NCBI GenBank assembly: GCA_013265495.1
Contig: MU058781.1
Coordinates: forward strand, 2,272,158-2,336,157
DNA length: 64,000 nucleotides
Source: Vicugna vicugna
Lineage: Eukaryota
Reading direction: 5' to 3'
Positions 1-12,834 of this stretch are shown here, piece after piece. The translations under genes and the position numbers were made by a program. The notes under the pieces are model-generated. The model worked only from the letters and a program-made list of their open reading frames with translations, ran no database searches and was not told the origin of the DNA. The stretch's first letter is position 1. Every line of letters starts with the position of its first letter.

Positions 1-340
1 TAAAAACAGACAACATAATGCCATTTGCAGCAACATGGGTGCTCCTGGAGAATGTCATTCTAAGTGAACTAAGCCAGAAAGAGAAAGAAAAATACCATAT
101 GAGATTGCTCATACGTGGAGTCTGAAAAAAAAAGAACATAAATACAAAACAGAAACAGACTCACAGACATAGAATACAAACTTGTGGTTGCCAAGGGGGC
201 AGAGGGTGGGAAGGGATAGACTAGGATTTCAAAATTGTAGAATAGATAAACAAGATTATACTGTATAGNNNNNNNNNNNNNNNNNNNNNNNNNNNNNNNN
301 NNNNNNNNNNNNNNNNNNNNNNNNNNNNAAAAAAAAGAAA
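1..340 (+). mobile_element. Young camelid-type L1 3' end (ORF2 end, 3' UTR, poly-A), interrupted by an assembly gap
   Basis: atgccatttgcagcaacatgg...ctaagtgaactaagccagaaagagaaag...cttgtggttgccaaggggg; A-tail after the Ns; very similar to the reverse-strand copy at about 12.9-13.2 kb. Confidence 0.9.
269..328. other. Assembly gap (60 N)
   Basis: Run of N. Confidence 1.
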
Positions 341-1816
341 ATAGTGATCTCAATAATATTAATATAGTGAAAATTTTGTTTTTTAGTTCAGTAGATGTTT
401 GAAAGTCATTGTAGAATATCAATTTAAACATTAATAATTATCAAACTCAATACAATTGATTTAAAAAGTTATTGTTCTCTAAGCTCTGAGTAATCCCATT
501 TTTCTCAGCACATTTTCTGCCAAGTTTCAAATGGATTAGTTTCTTCCTTCCTTTTTAAAAAATATAGATTTGGGGAAAGCATCAAAAATCTACCCAGAAC
601 TTCAAGGAGCCAAAACTAGTTGGAATTAGATGTCAACACATCTGAAATGTCAACACATTTTTTTTCTGGATAATTTCCTGTGATTTGGAATCTTGATTTT
701 TTTTGAGTAATTTTTAGTATTCCATTTTTAAAGTGTTTGCTTTCAAGGAGGATATTGCCTTTGAGACTTTCTTAACCAGTTAAATTCTCTTAAGAGTAGA
801 AAATATGTGAAAAAGCCAAGTTGCATGCTTATTTCTCCAGGATCTCAGTCTCCTCTCAGAAATATACACTCTTATACTGAACCTTCTGAAACTGTCTCTC
901 TTTTTTTTTTTTTCATACACAGGCTTATGTTTTCACACCAGTTCATAGATTGGGCGGAAGATACCACTTCTATTTTGATAGAACAGAATGGCATGTGGGC
1001 GTGTGATGTGGGGGACTGTATGTGACTCTTGCCTTCCTTAGGTACAAAATCAGAGAGGGGTTCCTGCATGTCTCCTAGGTAGGTAAAAAAATCATGGATA
1101 TTTTGAAACCTGACTCTTTGGTGGTTACTTTTCCAAGAAAAAATATTCTGGGAGTAGGATTAGTGGGGGAAGCAGAGAGGAGAGTAAAATCTTGCATTTT
1201 AAAATCAATTAAGTTAAGATTTTTCTTATGAAGAAGCAACGTGGTTCTGCCCACCTATAATTAGAAAGCTTAGCTTACTGACATATTCCTATTGCCTGAA
1301 ACCCCAAGTGAGAATTCCAATCTCAAGTAAGGGTGTGCTTTTACCTAGTAAACAGTTTACTGAAAGTTGAGAAGCAGCCTAATGGGAGACGGGTGGGAAC
1401 TCATCAGGGAAGGCACTGCTGGGGTTGGAAGAGCTGAGAGGGTCATCTGGACACATTTCTTTCAGAGGAAATTTTGACATTTAACAGCTTGTGTCCCTCA
1501 CTTAAGGGAAGGAGACCCTGAGTCCATTTTTTCATGCTGGGAATGGTGACACCTTGCTCTCAGGGTCCTAAGCTCTCTAAACAAGATGATTTTTAGCCTT
1601 AAAGTTAAACAAGGTGTTGTTGGAGAAATGGAGAATATAATTTGATGGGGTCCTTTGAGAAAGTACGAATTCCCCTAGACTTTTCCTTTACCTACTTTCG
1701 ACAAAGGCATCAAACATCATTGTTTCCTGCTTTGGACTAGATTCTCTTGTGTCCAGGAGGAGAAGAGAGAGCATAACTAAGAAGCATTTCTGTAGGTAAA
1801 AGAGAAGTGAACTGAC

Positions 1817-1968
1817 CCCATTTCCAGTGGTTGAGCTTCTCTCCAAATAGGTAGATGCTGACAATAAAGATGTAGCTGAGAGAGAAGAAGGCTGCTAGAC
1901 CCATCGGACTGAGTTTGGCAAACACAGGATATACCCACGTGCCCGTCTCAGAGTAGATCCATAGAACC
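1817..1968 (-). CDS. ADTRP: ADTRP coding exon 5
   Basis: Acceptor cattttctgcag|G; (R)VLWIYSETGTWVYPVFAKLSPMGLAAFFSLSYIFIVSIYLFGEKLNHWKW+G; donor G|gtcagt; 152 nt, and the phase matches exon 4. Confidence 0.96.
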
Positions 1969-2682
1969 CTGCAGAAAATGACAAGTCACAGTGATTAGGA
2001 CGGTAGGGGAAAAAGCTATAGTCTCCTCAAGATCAGTGGAGTTCTGAAGCCCAGGCAGATGAAAAAGAGACACAGATACATTCGTTTCATGCACTGGGCT
2101 TGACTATTTTTACCTAATCCATTAAAATTCAATGGTGGTGAAAGAATATGGGAGAACATTAAACATATCATTAGCCAAACAGAACGTAAGAACATGAATT
2201 ATTCTTTCCCTGAGAGTTATGACCTGCTGAGACATTGAACCTGCTAAGATGGTGCCATTTGCTCACTGTCAGCCAGACAAGTGGGGTTTGCTTTTCTGTA
2301 CCTAAGAGGTAGGTGTAGCTTTCCATTAGCTCTCCATGCCTGTTGGGGTAGGAGGGGCAGAGAGTGAATGTTATTACTCTGATATAATAGGCCTGGTGTT
2401 TAATTATTGACCCAGATTTTAGCTCACGCATATAGCCATGGATAGAGTGTTAATTAGAAATGGATAGATCTACAGAAGGCTCGCTCATGTGAGGATAGAT
2501 TGTAAGTCATTTCTGTAAGCCAAGAGAAGGAAAAGCAATGCTAGGAGAGGAGCCATGATGTCTAAATGAAGCCTTAAAATGTAGTTTTCTGGAAACAAAC
2601 TGCACCAGAAGATGCCAGAGTCTGAAATAACTTTTAAAATTAAATATGGGGAAGATGATGTATCAGCTACAGTTTATATTGC

Positions 2683-2915
2683 TAAAGAGTACAGAATATG
2701 GAACCTGTCTTCTGTGATTCAAATTCTAGTTCTGCTACCTACTAGCTATGTTACCTTCACCAATGTGTTCAACTTTTCTATCCCCCTACTGTGGTGTATA
2801 GTGTGGAATGCAAAGAGCATACACCTTACAAGGCTATTGTAAACATTAAGGGACTTAATTTAACACACGTAAATTACATAGAACAGTGCCTGGCACATTG
2901 TAATCATTTAATAAG
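2683..2915 (+). mobile_element. MIR SINE
   Basis: ttcaaattctagttctgctacctactagctatgttacctt...agaacagtgcctggcacat matches the MIR core and tail. Confidence 0.75.
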
Positions 2916-3163
2916 CGATTTAAAAACTTCTCTGAGGAATGATACAACAGGAGTTGTGTCAGCAGAGGCTGTTCATCTCTTGTAACAATTAGGATAGCCT
3001 AGAAACAACATTCATATTTGAATACCCTATGTTGTCAAAGGAGCTCAGATGGAAGAATGAAATTCTGTGCTTAATTAAACTTTCAAAACCCAAGTAAGAT
3101 CTTGGTTGTTTCAAATACTTTAAGTTTGTCAAATGCTTTATTGGAAGATAGAAGGGCTAATAT

Positions 3164-4236
3164 CAAGGCTAGGACTAGGGGGAAGCAAGGAAGGCACCTA
3201 CAGCATAAAATTTAAAAGACCATTTCTGTACATCAAATGACACAATCAACAGAATAAAAAAGGCAGTTTACAGAATGGGAAAAATATTTGCAAATCATAC
3301 ATCTGATAAGGGATTATTGTCCAGAATATATAAACAAATTCTGGAACTCAACAACAAAAAAATAAACAATCCACTTAAATATGGACAAAGGATTTGAATA
3401 CACAATTCTCTAAAGAAGATATACAAATGGCCAATAAACACATGAAAAGATACTCAGTGTCGCTAATCATTAGGGAAATGCGAATCAAAACAATGAGATA
3501 CCACTTCACAACCATTAGAATATCTTCTATAAAAAAAGATCCAGAAAATATCAAGTGCTGAAGAGAATGTGGAGAAATTGGAACCCTTGTGCACTGTTGG
3601 TGGAAATGTAAAGTGGTGTAACTGCAGTTCCATATCTGGGTACATACTCAAAAGAATTGAAAGCAAAGACTCAAAGAGATATTTGTACACCAATGTTCAT
3701 AGTAGCATCATTCACAATAGTTAAAACATGGAAGCATCTAAGGATGAAGAGATAAATAAAATGTGATACAGGTATATACACACAGTGGCATATTATGCAC
3801 TTGAAAGGAAGGAAATCCTGACACATGCTACAACATGAATGAACCTTGAGGACATGTTGGATGAAATAAGTGTCACAGAAGAACAAATACTGTTTGATTC
3901 CACTTATATGAAATACTTAGAATCATCAAATTCATAGAGATGGAAAGTAGCATGATGGTTGCCAGGGGCTAGGGAAAAGGGGGAAATAGGGAGTTTTTAT
4001 ATTTAGAGTTTTTATATTTAAGGGGTACAGAATTTCAATTTGGGAAGAAAAACATTCTGGAGGTGGATAGTGGTGATGGCTGTACAACAACATGAATGTC
4101 CTTAAAGCCATTAAACTGTATACTTAAAAATAGTAGATTTTATGTTATGTGTATTTTCCCATAGTAAAAAAATTTAAGGAGGCATCAGTCTTAGGGTTGT
4201 GCATATGTAGGATTGGCCCTTGGTATCCTGGCCCTG
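3164..4236. mobile_element. hAT-type MITE (MER96-like), split by an L1 insertion; pieces at about 3164-3215 and 4169-4236
   Basis: Ends caaggctaggacta / tatcctggccctg form an imperfect TIR; internal aaaatttaaggaggca motif. Family name is from recall. Confidence 0.55.
3216..4168 (+). mobile_element. Older 5'-truncated L1 (L1MA/L1MB-like), ORF2 3' end plus 3' UTR
   Basis: gaatgggaaaaatatttgcaaatcatacatctgataaggg...cattagggaaatgcgaatcaaaacaatgagataccac...ggtggatagtggtgatggctgtacaac; flanked by aaaatttaa direct repeats. Confidence 0.9.
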
Positions 4237-5039
4237 CTGGTATCACTCTGCTGCCCCAAATTTGTCTAGATGCTACTCATATATTCGAAACTGTACTAGA
4301 TTGAAAACAAGTAATAATTATTATCATTGTTACTAATACTGGAATTCTAAAAGTTGTGCATCCCGTGGACGCATTTTAGAAGGCTATCCACAAAATTTGT
4401 TTCCTGCATGGCTGCTTCTCATGACAGGATGGGGAAAGTATAAGGGACAGAACGTGAATATCGTCAAGTAACTAGGGCCAGGAGTTTGGGGTCAGTGAGA
4501 AGATCTAAATACACTCCAAATGGGTTGCATTAATTAGTTCACTTTGTTTACTTTATAGACTTGAAATTAGGGCTTCCTAGTTTCCATGCACATTTATGTA
4601 AGATAGTCTACAAATAAGGACATTCCCCTGGAGGCCTGGAAAGTTTCTGTTCATTTACTTCATTTTGTTTCCTCCATAAGGTTTGTAAAGGGAAGTTCCT
4701 GAGGTAGGTCTGAAGTCTATACTTTCACAGATAAAGTGCAAGGGAAGTTATAGATATGTTAACTGACAGTGGGAAAAGTAATGTAAGCACAGAGTGTCAG
4801 GCAAGATTGCAGTCATTTAATGAAGGGCAGTCAGTGGAGAGGCCTGAGTGAGGAGATAGTCATGCTCAGGTTCTGTCACCTCTGGATCGCTTGCCTGAAT
4901 ATATGCTAAAAGGGGAGAGATGGAGAGGAGGAAAAGGGGAAGCAGGTGGTAAGGAGGGAAGGAGAGAAGGAAGAAGGATTGGGAGGAAGGAAGAAAGGGA
5001 GTGAGGGAGGGAAAGGCACTCAGCACTTCTGCAACTGAA

Positions 5040-5800
5040 TTGTCACTGTCCTTCGTCTCAGTCAATGTCAGCTCTTCCCTAGCTCCCGTATAGGAACCCA
5101 TGAAATCATATTTAAATATTTCTGGCTGTGCACTCATTTCATGATCTCAATCCAGGCTTCTCCAACTCGCCTAGGTTTCTGTAATAGTCTACTCACTGGG
5201 CTTTCTTGCTCCTGTCAACTGTGTTTCTACACAGCAGGCCAGCAGGTCACCAGTCATCCAGTATTCTTTCTAAAAGAAAAATCTGTTTATGGTGCGCCCC
5301 TGCTCCCGGTGGATCCCCGCTGTTTTAGAAAGATACCCAAACTCCTTTACCTGGCCTATCAGGCCACTTGCCCTGCCCACCTGGACACCTGTCCACCCTC
5401 AGATCTGTAGTCCAGCCACTTTGGACCCCTTTCTATTTCTTGAATGGGCCAAGCTCTGCAGCTTCTGGGCTGTCACCCATGCTATCATGTTTACTTGGAA
5501 CACCTCTGACCTTTTTGCTTCCTAGGACATACTGCTTGTTCTGTCCCTGGCTGAATTTTACTTATGCTTTGAATTTCAGCTTAAAAGTTAATTTCTCTAG
5601 AAAAGGTACCTTCCCCCACCCCCATTCAGTTAGGTTCTTATGCCATGTGCTTTCCTTACCGTGAATTTACCCTTGTTGCATATTTGACTGTCTTTCTCCG
5701 TAACCTGGAAGCTCTGCTAGGTCAAGGATTTTACGTATCATGTGCATCCATTTCCCAAGTGCTGGGAACATGGCAAGTTCTTTATATTTTTAAATGAATG
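5040..5800 (+). mobile_element. L2 LINE 3' fragment (degraded)
   Basis: Pyrimidine-rich L2-like segments ending in an aatgaatg tail. Confidence 0.65.
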
Positions 5801-8800
5801 GCTGTTTGGTGGCTCTAGCAGCACCTAAGTTTCCTTTTAACTGCTGTTCACTGTGGCTACAATATAAATAGGTCTCAGCTGCCTGACCCACCAAGAACTC
5901 CACAGCCTCTGAAAACTGGCAAGTGTCACCAGTAGCTTCCAAGTTTTAGTTAACCGGATGCTCACTTTATTAATACTTTGAAGAGGCCAGTGATTCTGAC
6001 CTTCAGTTCAGCAGTTAATATTACATGTGGAGCTGTCTGCAAGTATGCATCTGTGTGAGTCAGGCTCGGCAGGCACCAATTGGTAGCCAAAAATTAATCT
6101 TTTCTAATCTCCTCATCCTAAATTTTGTAGCATCGAATGATTATCATGAAATTTGTATTTGCTATGTCTCATCAGTAGGGAAATAGTGGAAGTCTGTGGG
6201 TTAAAGATTAGTAGATAACTAGGGGTTTTGTCGGCTTTAGGCATGTAATTCTTAGTGTTAATCCTTGTCATATCTCATACACTCCAAATGGGTTGCATTA
6301 ATTAGTGCCTCCAGGCACTAGTGGGGAGTAGGAGAGGATCGTTGATGCTGGGTTTAATAGGTGGCTAATCCTGGAACTTAGCTTAGTCTACCCCCCTGGC
6401 AGTTTTTAATGTCTTCTAGAGGTAAGATGTCTCTTTGTGTAAGTGTGTATGTGTAAATGGGTGCATGAATTTAGAGGGTTATTATACGTGGGGGAGTCCA
6501 GACAGCTTTGCTGTGGGACCTCACCTGAGTGAGTGTAGTATAGAAGAAAGGAATCACCTCTCTCGCCCCATAGGAACTGCTATTGAGAAGTGATTTTACA
6601 AATAACTCCCTCCAGACTGGGTTATAGCTGCATATCTATGGGACACTTGCACTTGGCATGCAACACCTTATACACTATCAGTGACACGAACAGCATCAGC
6701 AGATTTCTTGTCTACCAAGAGCAAGGGGGTGGTACACTACAAGCCAGTGCTGTTGTAGTGGCCAGTAGCACTGTTCTGCTTCGACCAACACTGGGGTCTA
6801 ATGGGCAGTGGCAGCGCTGAGGACAGCGTGCTAACTTTAAAGCAGAGCCAGGTCGAGGTGTTGGTCCAGGAGGAGGGGTATTGTGGCTTTACAGTCTGTG
6901 TGGCAGAGCAATGCTCTGGACAGTGTACAACGTGGGTGTGTGTGAACACTCACTAGATTATTAAAATTTTTTAGAGATGGAGGTCTTGGAGAACTGGGCC
7001 AGGCAGAAGGGTGTTCCAAGCACCCAGATATGGGATGACACTGAAACAGTGAAACAGCTGTGGATGAAGAATAAAACATTGTGACTGAATTAGATGGCTT
7101 AAGAATATTCTGGCTAACCTTTATTTGTATATTGCTTTATTCTCTTTTGCTTCCCAAATCTTGCCACTTCAGTCCATTTTAAGCAGTATTGTTAAGATAC
7201 AAGATAGCCTTTTAAAATCATAACTCTCTGGCTGTGTTACTAATAATTCTCACTCCTACCTCCATGCCAAACAAACAACAGCAACAACCAAATCTCATTG
7301 TCGTGTTTGGCCTCCTCCAGCCTGCCATCCACAAGCCTCTGTGAGCCGGCAGTTCCAGGGTTATTTCCCGTTAGTCTCTTTCACTAGTAGGTCTGTCTAA
7401 AGCAGATTGCTGGCTATTGCTCTAATGTGACCTGTGCCCTCTTGGCTTTGAGACTGTGCTATGTTGTTCACTTTCTCTCATTTTTTGCTGCTCACATCCA
7501 GCCCAGGATCTTCAGGGCCCAGATCCAATGACACCTTTCATGAAGTACTTCCTGCACTGTCTGGCCAAACATAACTGCTTCCTGCTCATCTTCCTGTTGG
7601 CTTCTTGTATTTGTTATGACATTTTATCACTTCCTGTCTTGTATTCTTGTAATTTGTATGTGTGGCTCATCTCCACTTGTTAAGTACAAGCCCCCTACAG
7701 GCTGAGACTTGGCCTTATATAACTGCTTTTCCCAGCAGGACCAGCCCTGTGTTAGGGGAAATATTTGTTCCATAAAAGAATGAATAAGAACCAGCACTAG
7801 GAACATTTCTATTTTTCTGCTCCTCAGTACCGCTTCAGAGAGAGCTAGGTGATGTGTTTTGGGCTGAGAGAGAAGGGAGGAGTGAGTGAACTACCATATT
7901 TATAGATGACTAATGCTTTCCAAAGGAAATGAAAGATCTACAGTTATTACTACTTTGCAAAGCTTTATTTTCCCACTTAGGGGCCAGCCCTACAATTTTG
8001 CAATCTGAAAAATAACAAAAAGCAAGTGCCATATATGAGGCAGTCCCCATGTTCTCCGTGGCTATTTTTAAGTCATTATAACGTGGTTTCGCCAGTGAAA
8101 AGCTTCTCCAGCAAAGGGTTATTGCCATTTTTCTGACTCATGTTTGTTTCTCACGCTCTCTCTGGTCTGGGACCGTATTCTTTACCTCATTCCTGCTATG
8201 CTGTTTCCCTATTTGAGTGTCCAAACTGGCACGCCTAACAGCTGACCCATAGCCACTTCCCTAAAATATCTCCATGGATATCCACAGTTTGTGGAACTTG
8301 CTGTTGGCCATCTGTGTCCGTGAAGGCCCATGGGCCCCAGAGTGTTGCATAAGGGTGGAGACAGTCAGCAGAAGGAGTCTGAGCTCTCCTGATGATGAAA
8401 CAGACAGAGACAGGGAAGTTTCAGTCAATGGGGCAGCATAAAATGCCCACATACAGGTATATTTGTTTCATTCTAACAAAAATGGGGCCTAATAGTCAAA
8501 ATGCTGGTATACTATTTCATTAGTGATAAGAAGGTCCAAATCGTGAACCACTTCAGCTCCCTGCCAGGGTCCACCCAGTCACATTCCTACTGGTGCTAGG
8601 TCTCCATCCCTTCCCTTCATTTGCTCCATTACATCACTTTTTAACATCCACCACAAGCACAGAGCTGGGAGCAATAACATCATGAAAGCTTTTAGACTGT
8701 AGAGATATTGGTAGCTTTCTTCACACTCACCCCTCTACACAAGCAGGGAGCTGAACAAATATCTGGCCATCTGAATGCACTGGAAACAGAACTGAATTTG

Positions 8801-8949
8801 GTGATAGAAGTCCTTGGTTTAGGTCTCTGTTTTTATTTTCCCCAGCCACATGCCCTTGGACATGTCATTTAACCCTTTGAGGCTTCGGGTTCTCAATGCT
8901 GGTTGAACTCTGAGTTTCCTTCCACTGTCCACCCTCTCTGATTGTGTTT

Positions 8950-9495
8950 GCAGACTGATGGACATTGCCATCTTTGGGCTAATGTCAACTCTTCTGAGTT
9001 ACTATATATGCCACCAACTGGCCTTCCTGTCTTGTTCATCTCTAATTTCCACACTTCATCCAGAATCATCTTTTTAATAATTTTTCTTACAGAAGCCAAA
9101 TCATTTCACTTCTCTGCCTAAAACGTAGCCCTCATTTTAAAAGTCCAAACTCACTGATGTGAATTCTTGATCTAGATTTTCCCTGTCCTTCAGTTCAGGC
9201 ATGCCCTCAGCTCCTCCAGCCTTTAGCAGATGCTGTTCCCTCTGCATAAAGGTCTTTTCCATGTTTCTTTCAGCTTATTCTTACTTGTTCTTTGGGTGTC
9301 AGCTTAGACACCACTTCCTTGAAGAAGGCAATCCTCCAACATCCCACAGTACCCTGTGCTTATCCCTATTACAGTCTCATCACCCCATCTTCCCACTGTT
9401 TCTGTACTTTCCTCCCTCCCAGACAGTCCCTAACAGCAGCCCGGTGGCTTGTATCCTCAGTACAAGTGCCTGGCACTATGAATAACTGAATGGAC
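8950..9495 (+). mobile_element. L2 LINE 3' fragment
   Basis: ccagaatcatctttttaa...gtgcctggcactatgaataactgaatgg. Confidence 0.6.
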
Positions 9496-11338
9496 ATATG
9501 ATGTGTCCCTCCTGAGCTTCGTGTTGGCCCTCCTCTCTCTAACCCCTCTGGTTCCCTGCACTGTCAAAACAGATGCCTATGCGCCAGCGAGCCAAGCCCT
9601 CTTGACCGCTGCTTCTCATCTTTATGGCCACCACAATTTCAGCCAAATACCAGCAGTGTTAGATACTCTTTTATTTACCTTCTTGGTTTCTGAGGAGGAA
9701 AAGAGCAAAAAAGGTTAGCAATGAAGATTGATGATCAACCTCCAAGTCCTTAGGTAGAAAAAAATTAATAGGCCAAAAGTGCTATCTTATATATGAACTC
9801 CAAAATTTATACTTAGAAAGAAAGAGTAAATCAAAGTCCACCTAAGAACAGAGTATGGAAATTCGTGTGCGTAATCAACCAACTACCACACTGCTTCTCC
9901 TCAACAAATACAATGGAAAGAAGTATCTACCCCACCCCAGGTCCTAGATATTCTGTCTTTAGGGATTTATTCCTTTGGATTAAGTCAGACTTGAAATATA
10001 CATGGCACATGTCCCACCAATCTCCATTCACATGCTATTGGCAGATATTGCTAAACGATAGCACAGCTCTTTTGGGAGGGCCTCAGAATCCTTCTCAACA
10101 CAGTGCTCCAGTCCATAACTACCAGTAGGTCCCCAGCTTATACCTTATTCTCTAAAAGTGTCCTTTAAGATGCAGAAGCCCCAGGCTAGAGGACAGTGTA
10201 GATCACTGGAGCCTTGGGGTAGATTTACGGAGCAAGTGCTTTTTTCGAGACAGGAGAAACAAGACAGACTTTGGGTACTCAGGGAAAGAGAGGTGCCGAA
10301 GGGCAGGAGGAACATACCTCACAGAAGGGAAGGAGAGGCTAGGGGAGGAACCGCCACTTGAGTTCTGATCACAGAGGTTACTGGCTCTACGGCAAAGGCT
10401 AGTGAAGCCCATGAAGCAGGCCCTCCTGGAACCCAGGTCCTTTGCAGTGTGCTGTCTGGCTTCTGTCTCTGGCAGAGCACTGCCCGGAGTTAAACTTCCC
10501 CCACACAGGGACTGGGGGCTTACCCGGATTGTCAGACGTGGAAAGCTTATGTGAGTCTGGGCTAGAGAAGGAACATCATGACCAGTTTCCAGCTGGCAGG
10601 TGTTATGCTCGGCATGCTCCTCTCAGTCGAGCAAGAGCATGGCCGTGGGCGAGAAGCCCATAGAATGGAAAAGGGGTTTTCCAGTCCCTGGGTGGAAGGC
10701 CACACACTCTCCCTTGATTACAGGCACTGGGCAGCGTTTCTGAGAATTAGTGTCACCAGGTGGCTGAATGATGAAGTCTAGGCCAGCTACTTAAATTATC
10801 TCTCACGCCTCCAGCTGGGCTGTTCTGCAGGCCCCCGGACAATTGCCCAAATGCCCTCTGGGTGCTCTAGTGCCAGATGTTGATTCAAATAGGCCCATAA
10901 TGGTACAGGCAACAGGAATGGCCCACACCTCACATGCTCAACCTGTCAAATGTCTTTTTAGATGGAATATATTTAGATGCCTGAGATCACTCAGCCATTA
11001 AGATGTTTTAATTACAAATGGAACCAAAGATTAATGTTTTCCTGGGGAGAGTAACATGCGTGGCTTTACAATGATTAATTCTTCATGAGAGGGAGAGGGG
11101 AGCTCGTGACTTTCTGTGTGTGTATATACACGTACACCTGCGTATTCTTGTACATGTGATGTTTCCATGAGTATCAAAAGCAAACAATAAGACACCTTCT
11201 GTCCTGAAAATTTAAAGATGGTAAAATCCCTGTTAACTCAAGACAAAGGCACTCCTACAGAATAGTATGCTTCTTCTGGAATAGTCCTCAGAGTCTGGAA
11301 TGACAAGTCTAAGTTGATATTCTCTCTGCACTTCTTAC

Positions 11339-11454
11339 CTGCTGACATAAGCAAGGATAGCAGCAGCCAACAAGGTGAGTCCTTTCTTCTTCAGTGGATA
11401 GCAGTGGGGCCTGAGGATGACCTCGACCAGTGAGAAGGGCAATATGGATGTGTG
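11339..11454 (-). CDS. ADTRP: ADTRP coding exon 4 (begins with catalytic His131)
   Basis: Translated by hand. Acceptor ctttttccttgcag|CAC; HTSILPFSLVEVILRPHCYPLKKKGLTLLAAAILAYVS+AG; donor AG|gtaaga; 116 nt, phase 0-2. Confidence 0.96.
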
Positions 11455-12834
11455 CTGCAAGGAAAAAGATGACAAGTCATAGTATCGGTTATGATACAGT
11501 GCCGCTGACTCTTCCCCCTCCAGTCCACCTTCTTAAGCAGATACCAGAGCAACTTTCCAAAACTTGGCTCGGATCATACTCCTTAGATGCCCAAGGACCT
11601 ACCACCTACAATACTGGCCCCAACTCCTCTGTCTGACTACTAGATTCTTTGTAATGTGCTGTCACCCTCTCTGGTCCTACTTATTGCCCGCTGCTCCCCT
11701 CTCCTAACACACACGCACCACACTAACACGGCCACACTCACACACACTCACGCACGTGTACACTCTCCTTCATAGAACACGGCTGTTTCCTTCATTCTTT
11801 GCACTCAGCATGCTTGCTCTCACCCTCACACTTTTGCTCACACCTTAACTCTCTGTGTGGAATGTGTCTTCTCTCCCTGTATTTATATCGTTCATGTTCT
11901 TCACAGCCAGTGCAGTCTTCCATGATGCTGTCTCTGAATTTTCTCCTCTTGCTGCTTTCTCTCACTCAGTTCTGCTGCATTTATACCTTGTGCTGTGTAG
12001 TCTAACACTTGTGGTGTGTATTCGTAAACTCAGCAAGGGAGGGGCTGAGAACATACGTAGCCTATCTCTGCATCCTTCATTGCACGTGACACTGCCTAAC
12101 CGTCCTGTTGACAGGTGGTGGGTGCTGTGGGAGAACCTCCCTCCGAAACCTCTGTGTCCTCCCTACTCCTTCCCTGCCTCATCCCCTCCTTCATAACCAT
12201 TTCTTTTCTCACATCTTTCAAACCCTTGACACTGGAGTTTTAAAAATGACATAATCAAGGAACTAAGTCTTTAGAAATAGCGGTGTTTTTGGATACAAAG
12301 GCCGCTGAGTTCCATTCCTCTCCTGGTGATGGGAACTGGTCTGGGAAAGGTGACTTGAATCTATGTGCAATGTCCTTTCACTTATTAAACACATTTTTTA
12401 AGTCCCCTCTGCCATACTCTGCACTTACTGGTAACATCTCATAGTGTTAATATTTTACCCTCCCTACATTTATAGCTATCATTCCTCTTTCATTCCTGCT
12501 CCCCAGTTTGCTCAGCTCTTGGCAGGCTCTTGCATCCATAGCCTCCACCTGCAAGCTCCTTCCCATCCTTTTTCCTGAGCCCCGAGGCAGCTGTGTCAGC
12601 ACTTCAGTTTCAATAGGCTGGGACTTAGGAATGTCACAGTGTTCGTGTCGCCGTGCTCTGATGCTAAGCTGTGCTGCTGGAATCCTGGGCACTGGCTCTG
12701 GGCATCCTTTGCTGCCAGTCATACCAGTTTTATACTCAGAGGCATCCCCAGGAGCCAGTAGCTTCCTACATGAGCTAGCAAAGGTGCAGTCAGGATATCA
12801 GCACCTTTCAATGACAAGAAATGTGACAAGTTTT

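Noticed and set aside
69..431. 120-aa ORF
   Set aside because: It runs through the N gap and antisense L1 3' UTR.
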